A DNA stretch of 64,000 bases from Takakia lepidozioides. Taxonomy: Eukaryota > Plantae > Bryophyta. Position 1 is the stretch's first letter, and every line of letters starts with the position of its first letter. Made by a program: the position numbers and the translations under genes. This document shows positions 35,389 to 47,248 of this stretch, one piece after another. The stretch is taken from the NCBI GenBank assembly GCA_030704615.1, contig CM060731.1, positions 12,090,001 through 12,154,000 of the forward strand, given 5' to 3'. The notes beneath the pieces were generated by a model. That model ran no database searches and was not told the DNA's origin. It saw nothing but the letters and a program-made list of their open reading frames with translations.

Positions 35389-37181
35389 TCAGTTTATGTG
35401 ATTGTAGTCTGTAGACACTTGCGGATTGATCGGTAGTGATAAGCTGAACTCCACGTCCTCTAGCAGGCACGGCTGAATGTAAGGGACAACATCCCAAACT
35501 GGCTTCCCATTGACTAGTGGGTCATGAGGGTATCCTGAACTGCTTGAAAACATACATCTACTGTCTGTGCACGCACATAGGCCGAATTGTTTGTGTTGAA
35601 GTCTATGATCCACGGTGTGAGAGCTGAATAAGCTTGGGCCAGGCCACCAAAAGTCGACGTGGGACTGACCAGCAAATCGTCTGAGAAACTAAGAGTGATC
35701 TGCCAGACCCTGTATGTCTATCTCTCTCCCCCACGATTGTCCGCCGTCATGAGTGGGCTGGACGACAGCCACAACCTCTCCTGTTACTGTGGGGTTGGAC
35801 AGGTAGGCTGTTTCTAGAAATTCTTGCAGACCTTGAAAAAACGAGGATATCAACACAGTGATGACGCTTGCAGGAGATCTCTCCGCTCCAGCTCCATTGG
35901 CCACTCTAGAACTGTTCGTTACGTCGGGAAGAATGCCATTTTCCAAAGCGCATCGCAAGACATGCGAGTCGACCTTGGTGTGGGTTTCGTTGAAATGCAG
36001 TGACCCGTAACGATAGCGCATCTGTACTCCAACGCGGCGCTCTGCGTGGTCAAGATACGCATGATCAATCTGTTTGACGCCATTCCACACCGGATCAGCC
36101 GGGAGCATCAGAGATCGAAGCAAATGAGTAAGAACCATTTTATCGGGAAACAAAACAGAGACTCTAGCACTGGCCGAAAGGAAGACATCGCAAAGAGCTT
36201 GGGAAGGAAGTAGAGGCATCCACCCAAAGAGACCCGACTTTCGACATATATGCTTCTTCCGTGTCACAAAAAAATCTACTTGCAGGCTGCCCCCATTTGC
36301 CCATTTGCCCCCCTTTGCAGGCTGGCCCCATCCATGATCTCGTACAGCGTAATCAGGCAGGATTGGGTCCCCCCGGTAACCTCTTCACTTCATCAATATG
36401 TGAGTAGAACTGGTCACTTGAGTTCCGGAATGGTACTGGAGTTACAACTCGTTGGGATCAAACATCCAAGATGATCCTTCAAACGGTTCACAAAAAGAAT
36501 AGGGCCCACCCCTGAAAAGGGGCAGTAGCCGCAAGGCAAAGTGGCTCTTAGTTACGTCGGCTTCAGCCGGGAGTCTTTTTCTTCTTCTTCACAAAAAGAT
36601 CCTGGAAGCAGGATGTTGTCACCGGGAACTACCAACACTCGCTCTGTCAGCACAGCATAAAGAAAAGCTCCCAAGATCACTACGACCTCGTTTCCCAGTC
36701 CTGTCCTCAGAAGGTCAGCTACCACAAATTTGCAATTTGCACTTTCATTTTTGCTAGCAAAGTAGTCAGTCGGGTTTCCAGCCTTGTGAATGCAAGTGCA
36801 ATGGAGTCTTTCGTTCTCTCTCAATACAGCATCCCACTTGGGATTCGGATCCACATCTTTGGCGTACTTTCTTCTTTGGTACATGGCCGACATCTCATGA
36901 GTCATCTCACTGCGACTCATGCAGAGATTCTCCATATGCCAATTCTGTCTTTTCTCTACGGGGAACCAGGAAGATTCTTCGGTGTCTCCAACAACCAAGC
37001 TAGTGGCCTCTTGAATAGCTGTCAAAAGACCTTTCACAGCTGTGCCATAGAGCTCGTCGGCCTCCTTGACCAGACTCGAAGTAGGTGTACGCCTGTGAAT
37101 CAATAGAGCTGGAGAAAATGAAGTCTTGAGGAAGAAAGATACAAGCGTGCAAACAAAATATCCATGACTACAACTTTCCAA
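35389..37181 (-). pseudogene. Xyloglucan fucosyltransferase-like (GT37) pseudogene
   Basis: Motifs GLGN..GAFLYAVLTERVLVV, FCEPF.GSSW (split by an insertion), LFPDK..THLLR, RVGVQMR, VLISS, TGEVVAVVQPTH and SFSDDLLVSPTSTFG. Frameshifts, stops and a 101-bp insertion are present. Start position is uncertain. Confidence 0.8.
36499..36587 (+). mobile_element. Short retroposed insert (structured 3' end with T5(CTT)n tail)
   Basis: Perfect 12-bp TSD TTCACAAAAAGA at 36487-36498 and 36588-36599. Simple-repeat tail and several GC hairpins. Confidence 0.78.
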
Positions 37182-37303
37182 TTCAGCTCACAAACATCAT
37201 GTGATCGGAGATCTCAAAGGGTTTGAAATATTCAATATCTACAAGCTTGAGCGCTTTGAACTTATGTATACATACAGAATTCTCAAGCTTTGTTGCTTGT
37301 ACT

Positions 37304-38424
37304 GGGTGAATGCAGGAATGATTGGACCAAAATGGACGTTACTGACACAGTTTTAGATGACTGTAATTGATGGTGTCATCAATGTTTTTGAATTAACTCA
37401 TTAAAACCAACAAATATATATGTCATTGGATTCCTAGCTTCAATACGCACCCATAGCAACTCTCCAATCATGAATCTGATAAGAAATAACAATGTTATGG
37501 ACTTTTGAAGACCATACAGTGAACTTGTTTCCGCAGTGAATGGAATTACAATGGACTCAAGAAATCCTATGTGCCATTAGTCAATTCCATTAAAATTTGG
37601 ACATAAGGTGGTCATTTTGGTCCACATCATAGATATAGATTTGAAGTGGCAAAATCCCTCTCCATTTGGCTCCTATGGACCAATAGAGTTATCCGTAAAG
37701 TGAGCTTGAGTTTGGTACCTTGTTTGGACCCGAGTTACGGGTTTCATCCTGAGTTTGAGTTAATCCGTAAAGTGCAGAAAACTGAGCACAAGTCAGAAAA
37801 GAGGGCACAAATCATAAACTGGGGATGAGGGCAACAGCTGCTATGGCGTGAGCTCACGAGCTCTGACCACCTCCGCCTCGACGACTAACAAAACTCGTCA
37901 CCAAACTCCTGCCACCCCCATTTTCCTAGGCCTGGCAGTTTGGTCCCATGTTTTTTTCTAGTCGTACCGTTTGATCCTGAGTTTCGAGATTCATACCAAG
38001 TTTTGGCCAAACTTAGGGTTCTCATGCCGAGTTTGGGACCCTTTACGGATAACTCTAATATATGTCCCAAAAATGTGGTTTATTTTGTCAAGTCCATGGT
38101 GTACTTTGATTTTGATTTTGAGGTGTCATATTTTACTACAAAGGGTACAAAAATATAATCTACTATGGCTTGGTTGTATATAGACAAATCGATGTAAATT
38201 CTAATTTTTGATATATCAAATTTTATTCAAATAAAGACTACAATTTATAGTAAACGTTATCTGTGATGTTTGGGGGTAAGACCCTTTACTAAAAATGATG
38301 AATTGACCATTGTCTATCATCATTTCAATTATTTGGGGAAATATCGTCAACTTTAAATCTGGTCATGGACTTCCGTGGAATGCAACATCTGTTGTTTTTG
38401 GTCCAGTCATTCCTGCATTCACCC
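37304..38424. mobile_element. Non-autonomous TIR DNA transposon (superfamily uncertain)
   Basis: ~29-bp terminal inverted repeat GGGTGAATGCAGGAATGA(T/C)TGGACCAAAA. Flanks TACT / TATT. AT-rich interior. Confidence 0.72.
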
Positions 38425-38624
38425 TATTATATGCATAGTATAAGTAAAATAAAAAATTAATAATAGCTTGTAAGAGACATCGGGCATTGTAATGCACTCT
38501 ACTACATCTAAGCGCGTGCGCTCATGGCCACTCTGGAAACGAGAACTGTACTGAATGGAGAAAGGGGAATGTTTGGAGCCTCCCGGCTTGCCTGAAAGTT
38601 TAGCCTACTGCTGATCTTCCACAC

Positions 38625-39001
38625 TATTGGAAATCAACTCCTAACCACGTTACTACTACGTAGAGTTACTGTGATGACAAGTCAGGCTTCCATAATAGCA
38701 GTGCTGACAAGTCATAATTAACAATAGAGATAAGCCTGAGTTAGCTAAAAGATAGCTAAAGTTAGTTTCAGTTATTACTGACTCGAGTCATTGTACCAGA
38801 ATAGCAGGTGGAGATAACTTAAATAAAAACATGAAGTTATGCTATAGTTATAATTATATCAATTATTCATGGATTAGACTTTGAGTATAAATAGGGAGAG
38901 CTCGGAGGGTGGACACACAGCTTGTTGTGGTCCTATGGTTGGGTGGAGAGTTCTCAATAATCAATTCATCTTTTATCTCTATTCTCTGTCGAATTCCAAC
39001 A
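38625..39001 (+). repeat. 5' LTR of the copia element
   Basis: Direct repeat of 42189-42573. Terminal TG is mutated to TA. Followed by the PBS. Confidence 0.9.
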
Positions 39002-42000
39002 TGGTATCAGAGCGAGGTTCTGTCTGAGAGATAGAGGGAGATGAGTATTTGATTTACAACCAATAGGCTTGAGTGCTTGGGGTTAGATCTGAAAGCTTGA
39101 GTGCTTGGAGTTAGATCTGAAAGTTTGAGGGTGTTTTACAGTTGGCAAAACATCAAACTAGCATCGTGGCACCTTTTGCTGATCATACCCGAGTGGAGAA
39201 GTTAGATGGTCACAATTTTCATACATTGAAGATTAAGATGGAGTTCATTCTTCATGAGAATGATCTGTGGGAGATCACATCAGGAGAAGCGGTTGCACCG
39301 GTTCAACTGCAGCCTGAAGATGGAGAGATCATAATCGCATGGTTGACTCCTGAGCAACAACTTTTTGCGAAGAAAGATAAGTTGGCTTGAGGAACCATGT
39401 TGTTGAATGTGGCAGATTCTTTACTTCATCATGTTGCACATGCAAAAACTGCTAGAGAAACATGGAATAATCTATGTGTCAATTTTGAGAGGAATCATGT
39501 TGTCAAGGCTATATCTTAACCAGGAGTTATATAGCTTAGAGATAGAGGAAGGAAACTCACTACAAGATCATATTGATAAGCTCCAAATCATTAGTGATCA
39601 TTTGTCCAGCATTGGTCATCTAGTTTCAGATGAAGATCTGGCATTTATTCTTCTTCAAAATTTGTTACCTTCATATCAGACATTGGTAGTATCTCTTGGT
39701 ACACATACTAGTGGTCTGACTATGGACCTGGTTACAGGACAATTATTGCAAGAAGAGATGCGCTGCAAATGAGAAAATCATGCCTTTGGTAGAAGTCAGG
39801 CTACAATGGCATTGGATGTCAAGATTTCAGGAAGTTCAAAGTCTTAGAAGACAATGGTTAATTTTGCAAGAAATGGACTAAGATCAAGAAGAAGAAACAT
39901 GGAGCCTGTTTCTTTTGTGGCATGAGAGGCCACTATACACGTGACTACTTTAAGAAAAAGCTAGACGATGAGAAAAAGCAGAGGTTTCAAAATGAGGTTT
40001 CAGCATTGGCTGAAAGGACTGAACTTCTTGTTGTAGCTTTGTCAATCTCTACGAGTTGCAGAGATGTATGGTTCATTGATTCAGGGGCATCTCAGCACAT
40101 GACGTTCCAGAAGGAAACATTCTCAACCTTCAAAGAACTCTTTGTGGGACACAAGGTGTATCTTGGAGACAGCTGTACTAGTCTTGATATCCATGGAAAA
40201 TGTACTGTTGTGTTTCAATTATCATCTGGAGTGTCGAAGGAGATCGGAGGAGTTCTCTTTGTTCCTGGATTGACAAAGAACCTATGGTTAGTTAGTCAGC
40301 TAACTAAGCAAGGTATTACAATTGAATTTTCTACCAATCATTGCTGGGTGAAGCTTGACAATGAAGTGATAGCTGAGGCAGAGAAAGATGCAAGGTTGTA
40401 CAAACTAGTTGGGGTTGTCCAAACTTTACATGCAGAGTGTACTACTACTCTAAAGAAGAGTGACCTCTGGCATCAGAGTCTTGGACATGTCTCAATGCAA
40501 AATTTGGCATGCATGTCAGCTAACAATCTGGTTGAAGACATGGATCTTACAAGAGATCGGATCTTGAGTTTTTGTGACGGATGTGTGTATGGTAAATACC
40601 ATCGCAACTCATTTCCAAAGGATGGAGGTTCTCGAACAAAGAAGGTTCTTGAGCTGGTGCATACAGATCTATGCGGTCCTATGTCAACTGAATCTAATGG
40701 AGGTGCAAAGTATTTCTTGATCTTCATTGATGATTTTTCCAGAAAAACATTTCTCTATACGACGCAAAATAAATTTGGAGTTCTTGATAGGTTCATTTAG
40801 CGTTCAAAGCTTTGGTGGAGAATCAAACTGGAGAAAAGATCAAAACTCTTCGGTGTGATGGTGGTGGTGAGTACGTCTCAAAGAACTTTAACCAGTTCTA
40901 TAGGGATAATGATATTGTGAAACAATCAACCACATCATATACGCCAGAACAGAACGGAGTTGTAGAGAGGAAGAATCGAACATTTGTTGAGAATGGAGGT
41001 GTATGTTGTAACATATGAGATTGGACTACCGTTTCTGGGCAGAAGCAGTAGCGACTGCAGCATACCTCCAGAATCGACTTCCTACTATTTGACAATCTCT
41101 ACAAAGACACCTGAAGAGGTTTGGAAGGGTGAGAAACCTTCAATTGATCATTTGCGCGTGTTTGGTGTGTTGCATTTGTCTATATTCCAAAAGAGGTAAG
41201 GAAGAAATTGGATGCAAAAGCAATCAAGTGTATCTTCATTGGTTATCGTGAAGAGACCAAAGGGTATAAGTTGTACACAAGACCGAGCGATTTACCTAAA
41301 CCAGCGTAAGTATCTTGAAGATATCTTAAGGCGCTTTGGTATGGCTGAAAGTATGCCAATAAATACCCCGTTTGTCCCAAATTGCAAACTCTCAAAGGAG
41401 ATGAGTCCTAAGAGTGCTACAGACTTGGAGACAATGAGAGATGTTCCCTATCAAAGTGTTGTGGGAAGTCTCATGTATCCAATGGTCTGTACTAGGCCAG
41501 ATATTGCACAAGCAGTGGGGGTTGTAAGCCAATTTGTGGCTAACCCTGGGCAACTCCATTGGGTTGCGGTAAAGCGGATTTTCCGTTATCTGAGAGACAC
41601 ACTGGACTATGGTTTGTGCTTGAGAAAGAACAATGATAATGTTCAATTGGATCAAGTGGGTTCATATGGTCAGATAGTGCTTGCAAAAGCACAGAGCTAT
41701 ATGGTTATTGTGATGCAGATTGGGCTGGTAATGTTGATGACCACCACTCTATATCTGGCTATGTTTTTAAGCCAGCAAATGGAGTTGTAAACTGGAGTAG
41801 CAAGAAGCAATCTACAATTGCTATGTCTTCGACTGAGGCAGAACATATGGCTGCATCTCAAGCTACAAGGCAAGCATTATGATTATCATCATTTCTATCT
41901 AGTATTGGTCGTCCACAGAGGGATATCATGGTCATATATGATGACAACCAAGGATGTATTGCACTCTCAAATAATCCAATGTTTCATGCTCACACAAAGC

Positions 42001-42188
42001 ATATTGAGAAACATCATCATTTGGTACGAGATAAGACTGAAGCTGGAGTTGTCAAGCTGGTATATTGCAACACCAACAACATGGTTGCAGACATATTGAT
42101 AAAAGGGCTTAGTGCTGAAAAGCATGAACGCTTTCGAGGCTTGATGGGAGTAGTTAAGTGCTTAACTTGGTAACTCGTTGAGTGGGGA

Positions 42189-42573
42189 TGTAAGAAATCA
42201 ACTCCTGACCAAGTTACTACTACCTAGAGTTACTGTGATGACAAATCAGGCTTCCATAATAGCAAAGCTGACAAGTCACAGTTAACAATAGAGATAAGCC
42301 TCAGTTAGCTAAAAGATAGCTAAAGTTAGCTTTAGTTATTACTGACTCAAGTCATTGTACGAGAATAGCAGGTGGAGATAACTTAAATAAAAGCATGGAG
42401 TTACGCTATAGTTATATCAACTATTCTTGGATTGGACTTCTTGGATTGGACTTTGAGTATAAATATGAAGAGCTGGGAGGGTGGACACACAACTTGTTGT
42501 GGTCATATGGTTGGGTGGAGAGTTCTCAATAATCAATTCATCTTTTATCTCTATTCTCTGTCGAATTCCAACA
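42189..42573 (+). repeat. 3' LTR of the copia element
   Basis: TG...CA ends, preceded by the PPT and followed by TSD CACAC. Confidence 0.9.
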
Positions 42574-44565
42574 CACACAAGGCTATTTTTCCATTTCTAT
42601 TTTTGTTTCGAGACTACACTATTATCTCCGGATTGTCACGAAGATATCTGAGGAGCTCGACCAAGGCTCATCTTCTCTGTGTAACTATGAAAGCCTCCTG
42701 ATCTTTGACACACACAAAAGACAGTCATATGTCTGGATCCTTTCTGGATCCTCTGTGAGAGAAGACTACCATACCGGTTTGGTAGGTTTTGCAGTAAGAT
42801 ATGAGAAAAATAATTGATGAAAACATAACCATAAAAAAAAAAATTAGTTTTGTACGAGTTTTTAAGCCAAACTTGTCTGCATTCTTCTTCATGCTTATTT
42901 TTTTCATGTGAAATGGAATCACAAATGGGGCCTCAATGTGTTCTTGCCTTGGAAACTCATTTGGAAAGATGTATGGCGGAAGGAAGGCAACAAAATTGAC
43001 AGCTTTCTTGTGGAAACTCACAAATAAGATTCTGCATGTCTTGCTGATCATTTCCCTGACTCTGCCTTCTTTGATTTGTGTGCTATCAAACATTGCTTGC
43101 TTGGTTGTTGCACGACAAAAGTGAAAGTATGCCGCAAAGAAAATGCAAATTATGGTGTCTATTGACCCCATAAGACTACTTAGTGCCTTCTAGTGGGAAA
43201 GTGGACACGGACACCTTTGTGACACACCAGTGTGGATTAAACCCACGACGGTATGTGCCCATTACCACATAACTTGGTTGTTCAGTCCACCTAGTTTCCA
43301 CCTCGGTCCCCCTAAAATAAACACAACATCAGATGTCGGTGCTCTTATTATATTGCAGGGCTTCCTGCACTATTGAAGGAAAAAAAACAAAAAAGTCATT
43401 TCTTGATCTATGCAACTTAATGGGATCTTGGCATCCACCAAGGTAATGCCAGAAGTTGCCAGACAGCAGACCCTTGCTGCAACTTCTGCAAAAGTTCTTC
43501 CTTCCACTATTTGCTTTCCACTGCTCTTAGTATCTGTTGTCTGTTTCTCGTAATATGGTTCATTGCATGAGATGTACATGGTCATTTTATCCGCAGGCCG
43601 TAGATTCGAGTGTTTGCAAGACCATCTTTTGTGTGCTCTGGAGTATGTATGTCTTCCCAACTTTTTTAAGCATAGTCATGGTTGGTCACACGACATCCAC
43701 TTCCACGGTACTTTCCACCATCTAAGTTGAGCCCACTTGAGTGATGAATGACAACCGAGGAGCACCCATACCTACACATACATACCCACCTCATTGCGTC
43801 CCACTTTTTTCTCACAGGTGCACAAATTGACAACAACCCGGATCTTCTCCAGCAAAAATTGTGGTCCCTCTCATTTCTGGCCAGGCAGTATTACCCGATC
43901 AGCAGCGAAACACCCGGCTGGTGCTGATCGGCGCCCGTGCCCCCCCACAATTGAGTATATCTATCCAACTGAAAGATTCTGAAGAATAGAGGCCTTCTCC
44001 AGGATCGTCCACAGACATGACTGATACCCAAGGCACCTAAAGGGAGGCATCAAAAGAAAGGATTTTTATTACCATGACTGGAGGACATCATCTTGCACGT
44101 CTACAGCACTGTAGTAACCCCCAGTGGCAGTATCTACATAGATGCTGGCTAGAGGCTTATAAAGATTCACTCAGATTGCATTGAAGGCTAATCACATGCA
44201 TGAAAGCATTGCACTGGGCAAAGTCTACCATCCGGAGGACAGGTAGCATAAGACAAGCCTATCTCACAATCAGGGCTGGAAAGGCTTCATGTCCACTCAA
44301 AGTGATGCATAGCATCTCGAAGTCAGGCATCCTTGCAGGTGTTAGAACCTGCAGCATGGGACACCCCACATCGTTTGCAGTGACAATGGGGTTATGTTGG
44401 CTGGAATGAGGTAAGGGCCTTGAAGGTCGCAAGGACGGTCTTAAGAAAAGGCAACCCAAGTTCAACCTTGTTCTCGGTCACCCACCATCCAAGTGTTGCA
44501 GCTTGCCAGCTTCCAGAAGAACCTCACTGGACAGAACAGAGCCAGACACTGAAAGGCAAAACAGC

Positions 44566-46829
44566 TCACCAAGGTCTCCACCATGATTTGGAAGGGGTTT
44601 GCACCTCACTTTCGTTTCTGCATGCCAGGCCCTGCTCAAACGCCTCTAGTCTTTGTCTGCAGCACAGAACCAGATATGCATCTTTCTCCGTCACCCTTAA
44701 TGCACAAGCCCAACAGATTATATGTATCCAGGATCAAAATGTCTCCATAAAACTTCTCTCTCAAGTTTCTCCTTCTTTCTCTCTCTTGCTCAGAGCCGAA
44801 GTTTGCTTCTATGTGAATTCTGTAATTTTTTAATGTGATAATTGAACCTTTAGTTGTCACAAAGTAGCATCATCTCCTGGGCGTACTAAGTTGCATTTCT
44901 GAGCCCAAAGCTTGCTATTTGTAATCTATTCTCCAAGACCTGAAAATAATTGGGCAAAATCTTGACAACTTTAGCGAAACTCTCATGGAAATCTGGCTAA
45001 GTGTAAATTTATGTTGGAAATGTAGCAATAGTAGCTGTGTTCTTTTAGTTAGCTAATGCAAACAATCCATATCCCAAGCCCTTAACCCTTACCTATTACA
45101 AAAGGTAGGCAAGAAGATACTTACTTTGTGTCATTAACACGGCCGTGTAAACTCCAGCGCTTGCGGAAGCCCTCCATGCCCTCCACCCCACTTGCCAGGA
45201 TCAAGTGCCTAGCACATGTGCATGTAAGTCAGGCATCCATGTTCATCTGCATTGTATCACAAAGGTACAAGTACTGGGATCAAAAGGGTTCAGTTGAATT
45301 TGTGCAACCTAATATTTCATATCAGTAACAATTCTAGACCTGAGCTTGCTGAGACATCACTCCTACTTCTCACCAGGTCCTTGCTAGAATATTACTGACA
45401 CTGTCAGATTAAGGCGCTTTTGGCAAGTCAACGAAAGCAATGTTCAGGGCTTGAACTTGTGGGAAGTTATTTGGCAATGGAGAGTCAATGCAAAGCCTGT
45501 AAAGTTGTCCTTATCAGAAGGGTTAAAATTTGTTATGAAGACCTCATGAGGCAAGCCTCTCCTCCAATCCCTGAGGAATAAGATGCATTACAAACCGTTC
45601 TAGAGTGGATACTTCAGACTGGAGTTGAGCTTCACGCTCTCTAGCTGCCTCCTCCGGAAGTGTGCGGGCCAATGTTCTTTCACTGTCAACAATCCTTCGT
45701 CTTAACTCTGCATCCTGCACATCGTCCCAAGGATATGTACACCTATATATCAGGCAGTTTTTCACATCCCCTCCTTTGTGGAATCCACAGGAAACAGGAG
45801 ATACTTCCGGCAGAAAGCCCACTTGTGACAGTATGGTCCTGGATTCAAATATGTCGGCAAAGGGTCCACCCAGCCATGGGCAGCAGCATTGCCCAGCATC
45901 TTGGGTAACTAAGGGGTTTTGATCCTCTGCCAAAGAAAAGAGCAAGACCAGTCCCCAAAAGTGCACACCTCCTATCAGGACAAACCCTGATGAAAAAGGA
46001 GGCACCAGAGTGGCTCGAACCAAGCTTGCCTTAGCTTAGTAACAATCAAGAACTGAAAGTTAAAGAGGCCCCCAAGTCTTGTGAATGCCAAAACCACACA
46101 AAACCCTTACAGAAAATGATATATTTCAATGGACCATTAGCCAGATGCTGCATCTGGTCTTAAACCATGGAATCTCAGCAGACCCCTTGATCCCCACAGT
46201 TGTTGGAAATTATTTCTTATTGGTTGTGCAATGTGTAAATAGATCAGAACGGCAGCTTAGTACAGATCAGACGTACTCTGTTCCGGTTAGAGGCTTAAGG
46301 ACTCAATTCCAAAATAGAAAAAACAATGTAAAAACATGAATGAGGGTGGGAGAAAGGCAGTATACCCGTTCCTGAGCACAACGACGATACAAAATGATGT
46401 GGTCCTGACAGAAAGGTTCTATGTCATTCGCATGGAGACCTGCCTTCAACACAAGCCCTAAAAGATATTAAAACTATGCAGAGAGTCAGCTGTATCTTTC
46501 GTGAAGATGCTTCTCCGTTACCAAAGAAAGTGGACAAAGGGCTTCGTATTTCTCTGTAAGCGTTCCCGTAGTAATTTTGGACGGGTTAATTCAACTGACA
46601 ACAGAGTACGGGGAACAACATTGACCAACTGCCAACATCTCACTCTGAAGATTGATCCATTCTAGGTGAGAGTTGACAATGTGTGGGTCTTACAGAGAAA
46701 CAGCCTGCGAAGAGAGGTAGTGCAGAGATTCAAGCCCTCTAGAACGTGGGGTGCAAGCTCGGGTGGTACGACCGGTGAAGAAGGACCCAACATCAGGTCA
46801 TCCCCAGTCAAAATCGTCTCCTCTGTCAT
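44566..46829 (-). CDS. Conserved plant protein of unknown function (167 aa, Cys pairs plus coiled coil)
   Basis: Exons 46694-46829, 46366-46439, 45596-45714, 45125-45208 and 44566-44656, all GT-AG and in phase. Product: MTEETILTGDDLMLGP..LFLCLHANDIEPFCQD..ERHLILASGVEGMEGFRKRWSLHGR..WWRPW*. Confidence 0.85.
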
Positions 46830-47248
46830 CCCTGTGAGCTGTTCTCGTCTGTAGAATTGACACCCACAACAATGTAGAGGGTAATGCAAAGACAAGTAGC
46901 CCCGCGCACGGGAATTGATCACTGCACAGACTGTCTCATCGGGCTACAGCATCCACGACCATGATGTTTAGGTTTAAGCTTAAGCCCAGACATGGCAGCA
47001 ATTTCGAAATTCTACCTCTGACCATATTGCAACGAACAGATGGCCAACAAACCAACGGACGTCCATAAACTACAAAGAGAACGAACTAGCGTCTAAAAGC
47101 GCAACGAAAGAGAGACCCTTTCTTGGGTCGTAGAAGCTCATGAGCTTCAGTCTCCAAGAGTGAAAACCTTCTCTCTTCTTTGATGTGATCTGCGCAACGG
47201 TAGTAAGAAATTGGAAAATCCCAGCTTGTCCTTTTCTCTACATTGTAC

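Larger units (their letters stand above)
38625..42573 (+). mobile_element. Ty1/copia LTR retrotransposon, degenerate and internally deleted
   Basis: LTRs at 38625-39001 and 42189-42573. TSD CACAC. PBS TGGTATCAGAGC (tRNA-iMet) and PPT GTTGAGTGGGGA. Gag, protease (WFIDSGASQHM), integrase (VHTDLCGP, DGGGEY, PEQNGV.ERKNR), RT C-terminus and RNase H remnants, all with stops or frameshifts. Confidence 0.95.

Noticed and set aside
36499-36587. Hammerhead ribozyme
   Set aside because: A three-way junction is present, but the CUGANGA, GAAA and UH core is missing on both strands.
42725-43171. 148-aa minus-strand ORF as a gene
   Set aside because: No recognisable domain, low-complexity end, and it overlaps a repeat-derived segment.
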